Positions 52,406-64,000 of a stretch of DNA of 64,000 bases are shown one piece after another. Origin of the DNA: Octopus sinensis (Eukaryota); NCBI RefSeq assembly GCF_006345805.1, contig NC_043006.1, forward strand, positions 14,570,001 through 14,634,000, in the 5' to 3' direction. A program made the position numbers and the translations under genes. The notes beneath the pieces were generated by a model. It was not told where the DNA came from, did not search any database, and saw only the letters and a list, made by a program, of their open reading frames with translations. How positions within the stretch are numbered: position 1 is the first letter of the stretch; every line of letters begins with the position of its first letter.

Positions 52406-54284
52406 TTTGCTTTAGCTTCTGAACATTAGCCTAAATACAATATCATCAATAAAGGCAAACACTGTATTTAAGTGATTAGAAGTTAGTATTGTTATCAATT
52501 ATTCTTTTGAAGGCATCTTTGACATTCTTCAGTCTGAAAAGCATTTTACAAAACTGACATACTGTAAAAAGTTGATCACTAATATACAGCTGGACTTCAT
52601 TATAAGCTTGTTATGAATTTCAGCCTGTTAAAATAATTTGTTTTTAGATGTTAATAACCAAAGCTGAAATTAAAGGTAAGAGATAAGCATCTGAAGGAGT
52701 GAGTTGGTAAATAGCTTGTTAATAATCTCCTACCATTCTTAGTGTATTAGAATTTTTCACAACTAAAACCTGGGCAGGTCAAGGAGAAATATTGACCTAG
52801 TATCCTGTTTGTCTATGAAGAATTCATTTTCAAAGAAACGAGTTACCTTTTCAGAATGAAATTGTCTTGTAGTGAAATTGCATTACAATTTTTATCAAAA
52901 CCATTAACATTTTGAAGTGGACCTATAAGTAGTAGTTAGGGAGCAGATTGGAAGCATAAGTACCATTTTTTTTTTTTTATGAAGAAACATAAAACCTTAT
53001 TTCCTCTGTTAAAGGTTCACAAAAATAATCTATTATTGAAAAATTGATATTATAAATATTGTCATTAAGAGTAATTTCACAAAAAGAAAAATAATCTCTA
53101 ATTACTTTCTTGCATGTAGAAAAATCCATAATAATTATAGAACTAGAATTAATTGCCGGTTCATACTAATGGCAAAATAAATGTGAATAAAGTCCTCTGT
53201 ACTTCCTGAATCAATTACTGTGTCAAAATTTTTGTAGTCGTAACTTTTGACTTTAGAGTAGAATCTGAAACAGCTGTAAATACCATTAAAATGGTACTGA
53301 ATGACTTATTAGTAGATCCACATACTTTTGAGTAGTGACCTTTTATTTTTACTTTAAGAATGACAAAAAAAAATGTCCATGCTAGGATAATCTTGTCATT
53401 TTTGAATCTTACTACTACAAAAAGGAAAAGGAAAAAGCCTTTTCTAATAGAAGCCAGATGAAGAGAATCATTAGAGTTATATTGATCATGTTGTACAGGC
53501 TCTAATGCCACATTAGTGGATTGTGAATTAGAGCAATTAGCAGTCATCTGAGCCTACTCCAATGCTTGTGTTTTCTGTATTGCATCATCTACTTTGACTT
53601 TGCTATTGTCAAGTAAACTTTGATGTATAGCATATTGTTAGTCTGCAATAAAGACATCTCATATCCCTTCTTCACAGTATCCATCATCATTGTTAATGTC
53701 CACGCTCCATACTGGTATGGGTTGAATGGTTTGACATGGAGCTGGTTGATAGCTTTCCATTCCATGGTATAATAGTATTGGTACAAGGCCTGAAATTTGT
53801 CAATAATAGAATTAGTAACATTGATCCCAGTACTTGATTGGTACTCTTAATTGGCAAAATACCTAGTGGTATACAAGGTGTTTTGTCTGACGCTCTAATG
53901 ATTCTGCTAATCTAACACTAGGTACCAATGATAACTCTAGTAACAACAAGAGCAGTCGTAGCAATTATAGTAATAACAATACTGAATGTGTTTCACATAA
54001 ATCTATAAGAAAGTTAAAGAAATCTTTGAATCAGAAATGGCTGGGAGCGTCTTATCTATACAGGACATACTTTCAAAAGTTTTATTCAGCGATCTGAATC
54101 TGCCACAGTTTCTGTTATGTTTTATTTGACTGTTAAGCAAGTGCATACACACTGTAACTGTTATGAAATTTAAAACTTTACACACACAAAGAATGGCAAA
54201 TTTCATAGTCATCATTGAATTTATATCCATATGGGTTGCATAGATCTGCATAATAAATTCTAATTTATTATCTGTTCTTCTGGC

Positions 54285-54400
54285 TTAGCCTCAAATCACC
54301 AGGTCTGGTTGGCGTTTGTGAGAGATGCAGCATTGAGGATGAATGAAGCCAGCTCAACCCACCCCAGGTGAATGCTGTCTCAAGTCAAGTCAAGTCAAAG
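54285..54400 (+). mobile_element. RTE 3' end with (TCAAG)n tail
   Basis: Reverse complement of 35579-35685; ends tcaagtcaagtcaagtcaaag. Confidence 0.8.
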
Positions 54401-54443
54401 TCCTCTGGCTTAGAACTTTTTATAGTTTTTTAGTTCTTTTTAT

Positions 54444-54836
54444 AGGCACTGAAATGGCTCTGGTTAAGAAGCCTGCTTCTCAGTCATGTAGTCTTGGGTT
54501 CAGTCTACTACATGGTATCTTAGGCAAGGGTCTTCTACTACTGCTTAGGCTGATCAAAGGCTTGTGAGTGGGTTTGGTAGACAGAAACTGAAAGAAGTCC
54601 ATCGTCTGTGTGTGCATGTGTGCGCTCATGTTTTGGTCGTTAATGAGCAGCACTGTCTTAAAGTGCTGTTCTTTTCCAGTTTTACGTAAAAACTGGAAAT
54701 ATGGGAAATATTACTTCGCTTGGAAACAAATGAAGGTTGGTGGCAGGAAAGGCATCCGGCTGTAGATTATTTGCTTCAGCAAATGCTGTCTGACCAATGC
54801 CAACATGGAAAAGTGGATGTTAAGCAATGATGATGC
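54444..54836 (+). mobile_element. tRNA-derived SINE, tail type B
   Basis: Homologous to 32138-32543. Confidence 0.75.
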
Positions 54837-56730
54837 CCTTTCCTTCATTCTCTAGCATATACTGTAATCTTTCAGATATTATCGCTTCATGTAATCTTTT
54901 GTTTGTGGGATAGAATTACTTGCTATAAAAAGTTTCAACAGCTCTGGAACATTGCACTCACTCAAATTCTGGAAAGAAATCTTTGGAACCAATGCAGCTC
55001 ACAATGTTAGTTGCATTTATCCATTTGATGTACTTAAACTTTTTTGGGCTACTATCTGGTCTTCATATGATTTATCAGAGCCCATTCTGCTGTAAGTATT
55101 CAGAGCAGGTTTTCAGTTTGAAGATGTCTTAATATTTTAATGTACTCCTTCCTACTGTAGCAACCTGTCATGTTCCCTTTGTCCTTGAAGCCCTTTAAAG
55201 GTCATGGCTACTGCATTTCTCTGACTAAGCTATATCAAAAAAGTTCCTTGATATTTCTAATATTTTATACCATTATTTATTCTTCACTAGAGATTTTCTA
55301 ATATAATGACCTTCATTGTTGGAAACTTAGTTCAAAGAGTTCTTGTAATTCATTAATTTTATTTATGGTCTATAATTTGCATATGTTATTAAACAAGGAT
55401 TTTTTTCTCAATACTTTATTCTCTATCCTTAGAATTCAAAATCTGCTGATTTACAGCTTTGCATAGTAAATAACCTTCGTTGGCCTACAAGATAAATTTC
55501 TCGACTATATTTGGTTGTAGCAATTATTCTAGCATTCAAAATTTCTTGGTATTGATTGTTTTTCTGATCTGTATGTAATGCCTCTTTGTATTAAAGATTT
55601 AGCTGTTAACACATTTTTAACATCAAAGATTCTTGAGTAATTTTTTCTGTGTTTATATTTATTCTCCCATGTTAGTATAGTGAGGTGGGTTTTTTTTTTC
55701 TACTAATTTGGGCATTTATATTTTATTGAAGTTGGTTTACTGATTGTGGTACTTCACACAACTAACCTCCATTTCTACCACAAAGTGTGTAGAACTTATT
55801 TGTCATGCAGATGATGCTATATGCTTGCCCGAGTAAATAGCATATTGGATTGACTCTTGATATATGTAGGTTGTAGTCTAGCATCTTTGCCTTACAGACA
55901 ATTGTATCATAACTATCCAATTTAATGTTTCCTTGCTTTGTAAATTTTCTTGTCATCTAAAGTTTGTCACTTAACTCTTAACCTGTTGAAAATTTTCTTA
56001 GTTAAAAGTCTAGTCCTGTAATGATTCCCTTACAAATTGGAAATGACCAATAAAGGGAAGGATTAGAATTTTCTCCATTGCATTAGAGAGTTCCACATTT
56101 CCTTTAAAATCAGTTTAAAGGTGAGTTTGATTCTTGTGATAGTGTGCAATTCAGGACTGGTTAACCGATGCAGTCCACTGTGGTATTGTGTCATTCAGGA
56201 AATTAAGAGTTAAGATGTAAAAGTAATTGTGCAAAAGGTTACTGATAGTTTTGTGTCGAAACCTCTTTCGTAGTGTCCTGTCATAAGGTTTAAATTTGTT
56301 AATGGTCTAAAAAAAAGTAATGAATAGTTGTAGGAATTATGCAAATAATTTTTAACTAAAACTACGTGAAATTTTTGGATTGTGCAAGTGGCAAGTCTTG
56401 AGACTTAGACACATTGAAAATGATTGAGAATGGCCAACCGAGTCCTTGTACTCACAGAACCGATATGGTGAAGTTCATGGTGAAAATTATGTCTCTTTAC
56501 ATAAGCTAATATATATTTTATTTGCCACTATTTTATTGAGTTAAACACTTGCAGTTTGTTTTCCATTCTTCACACTAGTAAGTAAGTGTTATTACTAATA
56601 AAATATTTAATGCATGGGTTGAAAATGTGCTGTATGCTATGACTCATAGCATTGACTTCAAATGTTGTTACTATGGAATTAGTTGTCAATATTCCAATCT
56701 TAATTTATCAACAGTTTGGCAATATCTACA

Positions 56731-56767
<37 letters not shown>

Positions 56768-57115
56768 TATTATGGTGTTCATTTATTAGTCTTGAGTGGA
56801 AGATCTTGTTGAAATAAAAAATAGATGTAGATAGTAAATAATTTTCCCTGTGAATTACTTGATATACTTTTAATAAAAATTTATGCAGAATTGCTTGCAG
56901 TACTGTTGTCTTAGCCTGTAATATGTGAAATTATTTATTGCATATTCAGATTTCCTTCTGCTCATGCAGAAGCAAATGTCATCATCTGTGCTGAAATAGC
57001 AGGCAATGTGTACATGTAACACTCGTATATTGAGATGGTAAAGTAAACTATATATTATGTATTGATATATTTATCTTATTCATCTAATATACCAACATTA
57101 CTTCTATGATCAACA

Positions 57116-57395
57116 CATCATCATCATCGTTTAGCGTCCGCTTTCCATGCTAGCATGGGTTGGATGGTTCAACCGGGGTCTGGGAAACCAGAAGGCTGCA
57201 CCAGGCTCCAGTCTAATCTGGCAGTGCTTCTACAGCTGGATGCCCTTCCTAACGCCAACCACTCTGAGAGTGTAGTGGGTGCTCTTTACGTGTCACCTGC
57301 ACAGGTGCCAGAGGAGGCTGGAAAACGACCACGATCGGATGGTGCTTTTTACGTGCCACCGGCACGGGGGCCAGACGAGGCTGGCAACGGCCACA
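57116..57395 (-). mobile_element. (GAT)n-tailed RTE-type 3'UTR
   Basis: Close to the 19738 copy. Confidence 0.85.
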
Positions 57396-57776
57396 ATTCA
57401 CATTATATTTGTTTACTTATACCAGCTGGGGCTAGTGCTGTATGATAGCAATGCAAAGAAAAGAAGATATAGCTGAGTATCATGGCAATGTAGTATTTCA
57501 CCATGATGTTGGAGAGGCTGTTTACACCAGTATTATTTTTAAGTGAAAATTCTGTTACTATTCCACTAAATTAGCAATATTTAGAAGACCCTTTGATTAT
57601 CTTCCTCTCTAAATATTTTACTCTGTTATCTCTTGGAAATGTGTGACATTCCTGCGGAATATTTATGTCAGTGTTTTTTAAGCAGCACAAGCATAAATAC
57701 ACACACACAAGTATTTATTATCATTATCATCATCTTCATTTTAACATCCGAATGAAAACTGAAAGAATCCCATTGT

Positions 57777-57810
<34 letters not shown>

Positions 57811-58077
57811 AGAGTAGTGTGTGTTAGTGTCTCCTTGTCTTGACATTATGTAATAATTGTAAATGCAGGTTACTGTTATACAATGCCCACCACTTCCAAT
57901 CTTCTGTGAAAATATGTCTGGCTAGAGGGGAATATTACCTTCCTTGGAAACAGGAGTTATAGGATTGGCAACAGGAGTGACCTCCAGCTGTAGAAAATCT
58001 GCCTTAACAAATAGCCTCTCATTTATGTAAGCATAGAAAAGTGGACATTGAGAATGATTATATATATATATATATTG

Positions 58078-58156
58078 TTGTACTTCGAGATGGTTATTTT
58101 ATTATCATTTTTTTTGCCAAATAAACACATGCTCTCTCTCTCTCTCTCTCTCTCTA

Positions 58157-58195
<39 letters not shown>

Positions 58196-58475
58196 TGTCT
58201 TCACTCGTTTATTACTGTTATTCTACTATTTTAATGGCTGTCCAGAAGTCTTTCATCACACATCTGTGACCTCTTCAGTGACACTTTTCATTTCTGTGTG
58301 TGTTCATGCTCCACCCACTCCATTGTTTTGCTAGAAGAACAGAATGGAGTGAGTGGAGCAAGAACACACACGGAAATGAAAAGTGTCACTGAAGAGGTCA
58401 CAGATGTGTGATGAAAGACTTCTGGACAATGGACAGCCATTAAAATAATGGAATAACAGTAATAAATGAGTGAAG

Positions 58476-58520
<45 letters not shown>

Positions 58521-58585
58521 TGTGTATTTTTATTTGGCAAAAAAAAAAAATAATAATAAATAAAATGACCATCCCCAAAGTACAA
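58078..58585. mobile_element. Large imperfect palindrome with degenerate hammerhead motifs (old Penelope-like unit)
   Basis: Inner arms 58194-58324 / 58343-58480, a microsatellite in each arm, and outer arms 58078-58135 / 58517-58585 also inverted. TGTCA-CTGAAGA-G GTCACA GATG TGTGAT-GAAAG at 58384-58417 and its mirror at ~58250-58283. Confidence 0.6.
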
Positions 58586-58637
58586 TTTCTATTTTTCAAC
58601 ACGATTTCACATCAGGAATCTTGCAAAACAAATTGAT

Positions 58638-58678
<41 letters not shown>

Positions 58679-60000
58679 CATATATATATATATACGCTCA
58701 CACATACATACACACACACACACGTGTAGTATGCAGGTATGGCTGTGTGGTGAGAAGTTTGTTTCCTAACCACATCGATTCAGTTTCAGTTCCACTGCAT
58801 GGAACCTTAGGTTTGTGTCTTCTACTGTAGCCTGTCAGACCTAAGCCTTGCAAGTGGATTTCATCTATAGAAACTGAAAAGAAGCCTGTTGTGTGTGTGT
58901 GTGTGTAACATTTCATGATCTCTCTTGACATAGCCTGGATTAAATGGTGATGTGATGCTTACATTCCTTGCTGATATCATGACTGGATATACTTCATCTT
59001 TGAAGTCAAGTGAAAAAAAAAAGGTCTTTTAGTTGCAAAACAAAGATAGTGATAGGAAGAACATCTTTTTGTAAGATGCTTCCTGAAGTAATCTGTGTTT
59101 AGGGCTGACAGTTTGGTGCATGGATATTAAAGATTAATTTCTAGGATTATTCAGTTTTGTTTTGTCTTTTAACAACTTTTGTTTCCATTCCTGTTTTATT
59201 AAGCGTCGGAGATTACAATTCTAAACCTTCCTCTCGAAAAAAATGTTCTAAAATTTTTATTATTTTATTTTTTGTTATCCCTTGCCATTTTTACTTTCGA
59301 GTACAGAGCCTGCTGGAATATTTTTGGCATTTTTTCTGTTTTTTGTTTAATTTTCTTTTTATTATTCATTTATGAATTTCATGTTTTAAACATGAGATTA
59401 TGAATTTGAAAAAAAAAGAAAGAAAATTTTTGCACAAAATCAGTTTTTCTTTATAGATGGACGTGGGGGGGGGGTTATTCTGATACATTACCATTATATA
59501 GTGTACTAGCTTAAAAGCTGTACTCCGTGCAGACTTTTAAGCTAACTCCTGTGGAGGGCTGTTGGGTCTGTAGCCCAAAACTAATGAGAGCTAAATAACA
59601 TAACTATAATATATCTGTAATGACTATATGCCCGGTGGTGTTTGATCAGAAGTTAAGGTTGGATGAAAATTCTATTGTTCTAGTCCCTCCAACTGTTGGC
59701 CAATTTGTCCCAAAATTTTTATCTCAACAGAAAATTAATGAAGCAAATGTCATATATCTCTCTTTTGATCTCTGATGTCATTTGACAAATGCCAACCAAA
59801 ATGGCATGAATCAATCAAGCTTTACCTGCTAGAAACAGCAAACCAAATGCTTTTAAATCAGATCCCAATGCTGGATGTTCTAGAATCAAATGAAAGGCAG
59901 ATTTTCAATCCCAGAATCATCCTGATTCCAAAAAGGTATAATATGTCTATGTAGAGCAAATGTAGACTAGATACAGGGGTCCCAGACGGACAGAGTTTCA

Positions 60001-60037
<37 letters not shown>

Positions 60038-63000
60038 AGATAGTGTATAAAGGAATACTTAAAGAAAGGACCTTTAGATGGAAGGATCTGTTATGAAAAC
60101 TGAAGTAAATATTTAAAGAACTGGAAAGAAATGTTATATTAATTAGACTTAAGCTGACTGAAAAAAGTCAGTCGTAATTGAGAAACACATATTTCAAAAA
60201 ATATAATTAATTATGATTTCAGTATGTCCACCTCTATCCCCTTCTCTAACCATCTGTTACTCCCTTTTCACACTCTTGCAGATTTACCTACTCACCCACC
60301 CTTTCCAATCTTCTATTTCTATTGTACTTTGAGAGTATATTGAGAGTACTTGAGAGTATATTCTCAACATCATTTTTCTCTCTTTCTAGCCAGGGAAGCC
60401 ATGTATCTCTTCAGTAAGACATGTTCCCACCCTTCTACCATACTGTCAACACCTAGCATAAAGCCACCCTTCTCAATACTGCACCTCCACTTAGTTGAGG
60501 AGGGTCTTGTCTTATGAGTTACTTAGTGTCCTCACTAGTGCCGGTGCCATGAAGAAAAGCACGCACTATACTCTGTAATGTATTTGGTGTTAGGAAGGAC
60601 AACAAGCCATAAAGAAAACTATGTCAGATCGGACATTGGAGCTTAGTGCTGTTATCTGGCTTGTCCGTTCCTGTCAAACTGCTCAGTCTATGTTTGTATG
60701 GAAGGCTGGTGTTAAATGATGATAAATTTGATCTGGGGGAATAAATGTAACATTTGGGTGCTGATGATATCAGATGCTTTGTTCACATACATTGAAAAAA
60801 TAAGAGAAAAAAGTTCATGGAAGTAAGGTCTATCAGTTATTACAATAAAATGTGAAAAATGTCTTTGTATATAGTGTTGATAAAAAATGTATGTTACTCA
60901 TTGGGATGGTCACAAATGGAACATAATAGATTGGTGCTTCAGACACAACTTAATGAAAGGTTAATTTCATTAGCTGCGTGACTGCTGTTGGACACTGGGC
61001 TTATGCAATGCATATAATAAGTTACTTAACTGGTTTAATTTTGATCTGGAGTTGTTACGTCCAGTCATTTGAAAAGATACTAGATCAGGTTAGCCATCAT
61101 TGAGCAGAGACTTGATAAGACATTCTAGCTATGACCATCCTTTGAGGGACTATTTTGTGTGTGTGTGAGTGTACATGAATATTTACTTTTTGCTGTCAAC
61201 TCCGATTCAGCAGATCTATGATTGAAGGCATTCCAGCCATATCAATCCCCTTGTTATTTTGTTATTAATCCTGATAGGTCAGCTCTTATTGAAAATGACC
61301 TTTATAATCAAAGATACTACAGCTTTGGTCATCGCTCACTTTGTTTCCTTTCCCTCAGGCATAATGTATATAGGACTGCAGTAACCAGAGTGTCTTTATT
61401 GAAAGGTAGGATTCTAGAGAGATTTGGCTGTGAGTTCTAGCATGTTAAGTGATTATGTTAATTGGTATTCTTTAGGTTCATTTGTCACTTAACAAATTCT
61501 ACATTTTGACGTTAATGGCTTTGTGCTCTGTGTTTGTGTTTTCAGTGAATGGTAGCAGTGATTTGATTTTGTTGAAAAGATTGTGTTAGATAAATTACAC
61601 TGTGACTGCCTACCTTTTTTGATTCTGCACATTGTACAAAAGGAAGAAAGCTTAGGTGGAAAAACTTTTCTATTAATATAAGATTTGTATATGTGTGTGT
61701 GTGTGTGTAAAAGTGCTCATGCCGGTATCATGTTAAAAGCACCTAGCACTGTAAAGTGGTTAGTGTTAGGAAGGGCATCCAGCTGTGGTAACCAAGCCAT
61801 ATCAAACTGGAATCTGGTGCAGTTCTCCTGCTTACCAGCTCTGGTCAACTATCCAATCCATGCCATCATGGAAATGGAGCTATGGATATTAAAGGATGAT
61901 GATGATAATATATATATATATATAGGCAAATTTTTGTGTCAAAATTGGTGTTTTTCAAATGGATACTGTATGATGTTTGTTTCACCTGGTTGAATTGCAC
62001 AGAATCTTTGGTCAGAAGCAGTTGGTCAAATATAACTCTGACATTGTATGCAATATTTAAGGAAAAATAGAGAAAAAAAACAACAACAGTATTATGACTT
62101 ATTTTATGATAGCAGCCTTAGCTGGAAGTGGTTTATTGAAACAACTGTCAAAATCAGAACTAAATATTTAACAAAAAGCAGTGTGCAAACTGAAGACAAC
62201 CTCTCATTTTTAAACCTTTTCATCCGTGCTAGTAATATTTTGATATTTTGTATATTAATCGTTTGCATAGATACTCATATTCTTGCTAGCCATTAACTGA
62301 TGAAGTGGTAATAATGTTTATATTTATCTAAGCTGAGTTTCTCCTGTAAGAAAAAAAAAATCATCTGAGCATTTTGTGCCTTCGAAGCCTGTGTGCAATA
62401 AAATATAACTGATCCTTTATTTGAAAAACGGGAAAGGATTAATGTCAGATAAAGTGTCTGTCTGACTGTAAAACAATACCTCAACTTATTTGTTCAGCCC
62501 ATGCAAGCATGGAAAAACAGATATTAAAAGGGGCAAATGAACAAAGTTCCTTGGAGAAAGTATGGAAGTTTTCATGAGCAGTGATTCCAATCTCTAAATA
62601 GTACTAATAACTCTGAGATCAAATATAAGTTAGATTAATTGAAACAGAAAAAAAATTGTAAATAGTTGTTAGTAGTCATTGTCATCATCATCATCTTTTA
62701 ATGTCAGTAGTCATCATTATCATTATCTTTTAATGTACATCTTCTGTGATGGCATGGGTCTGAGGACTGTATTGTGCTCCTGTGTCTTCTTTGGTATGGT
62801 TTCTATGACTGGATACCTTTTCTAATGCCAACCACTTTACAGAGTGTACTGGGTCCCTTTTATGTAGCACCAACACTAATGAGGTAAGCATGCAGCTCAC
62901 AAGACTAAGATCCTCTTTGACTGAGTGGGGCATGGTAGTGGAAGGCAGCCTTATTATTAAGAGATGATAGATAAAGTATGAAAAAAGTGGTTAGAATGGA

Positions 63001-63239
63001 ACAGGTTTCTTGCTGGAGAGGAGCTAAATGGCTACTCACATTTTAGAAGAGTGGGCAGAAGTTCAGTGGTGATGAATCCTGGGTGGACTCACAAGGTACA
63101 AGGTGAATAGAAGTGGGAACAGAAAAACAGGGAGGAAGGGTGGGTAGAGGTAATAGTGGCAAACAAAATACCTTAGGACATTTGACTGTGTTTCGAGTTT
63201 AAATGTTCAATCCTTCCACTGGTCATTTTGCTATTAAAT

Positions 63240-63447
63240 ACCTATTTCTTTACCACCCACAAGGGGCTAAACACAGAGGGGACAAACAAGGACAGACAAA
63301 CGGATTAAGTCAATTATATCGACCCCAGTGCATAACTGGTACTTATTTAATTGACCTTGGCGGAATTTGAACTCAGAACGTAGCGGCGGACAAAATACTG
63401 CTTAGCATTTTGCCTGGCGTGCTAACGATTCTACCAGCTCGCTGCCT
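63240..63447 (-). mobile_element. tRNA-derived SINE (Octopus OK/OR-like)
   Basis: Same family as 19382, with an internal deletion. Confidence 0.88.
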
Positions 63448-64000
63448 GCTATTAAGTACCAGTCGAATACTGGGCTTGATATAATTTACTATACTCTGAA
63501 GTTGTGCCCCAGCATGACCCCAGTCCAATGATTGAAACTAGTGAAATGGTAAGAAGGCTTAAGTGTGCATTTGCTCAGTATACATTGGTACATCGCTAGG
63601 TCAGTGTATTCAACAGTTGCTGGATGTTTAAATTCAGTAACTGATTTCTTTAGAAAGTAACTAGTGAATTTGGTCAGTTATAAATATACACACACACGTA
63701 CATATGTATTTGTTGTTGAAAAAAAAAAAAAAATTTACAACTCTGCTTCAGAGAAGAAAGTACTGTATTTTATTTTCAGCAGCTGTTTTCTCTGCAATTA
63801 AGCTTTGTTGAAGTGCTAATGAAAGAATGTTTGTGAATAGCCAACTGTTACAATAATCCGTTGCTACTATAATACTTACATTTGGTATTTCTTCTTTTCT
63901 GTTAAGTAAACGACTAGTTTTGATAACTGGAATTATCAATGTGATTTTGGTAAAAGTAGTATTTTAATTAGCTGTACTTTAAGTAGGGTTTTAGGCTTGT

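Noticed and set aside
53215-53547. 110-aa minus-strand ORF (and the 82-aa ORF at 54003-54251)
   Set aside because: No recognisable domain, an upstream in-frame stop and a low-complexity middle; possibly a decayed TE, but not supportable.

Overview
AT-rich eukaryotic DNA that is mostly non-coding and dense in repeats. The SINE and retroposon-tail families look like those of Octopus (coleoid cephalopod); this is recognition from sequence, not a database result. No intact protein-coding gene can be supported: the long ORFs are microsatellite translations or decayed LINE pieces. Content: large (TA)n, (CA)n and (TCTA)n arrays; at least three tRNA-derived SINE families; many (GAT)n-tailed RTE-type 3' ends; RTE and CR1/Jockey-like LINE remnants; two non-autonomous Helitron families; piggyBac-like (TTAA) and Tc1/mariner-like (TA) MITEs. 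A CpG-rich, promoter-like zone (~5.5-13 kb) is followed by a CpG-poor, intron-like stretch with a few weak candidate micro-exons. The most notable signal is a set of sequence-unrelated DNA palindromes embedded in microsatellites (462-590, 2897-3214, 58078-58585). Each carries a type I hammerhead ribozyme motif near the palindrome centre, reading outward on both strands. These are probably non-coding Penelope-like retroelement termini, and some also show inverted duplication of the flank. Coordinates of decayed repeats are approximate.
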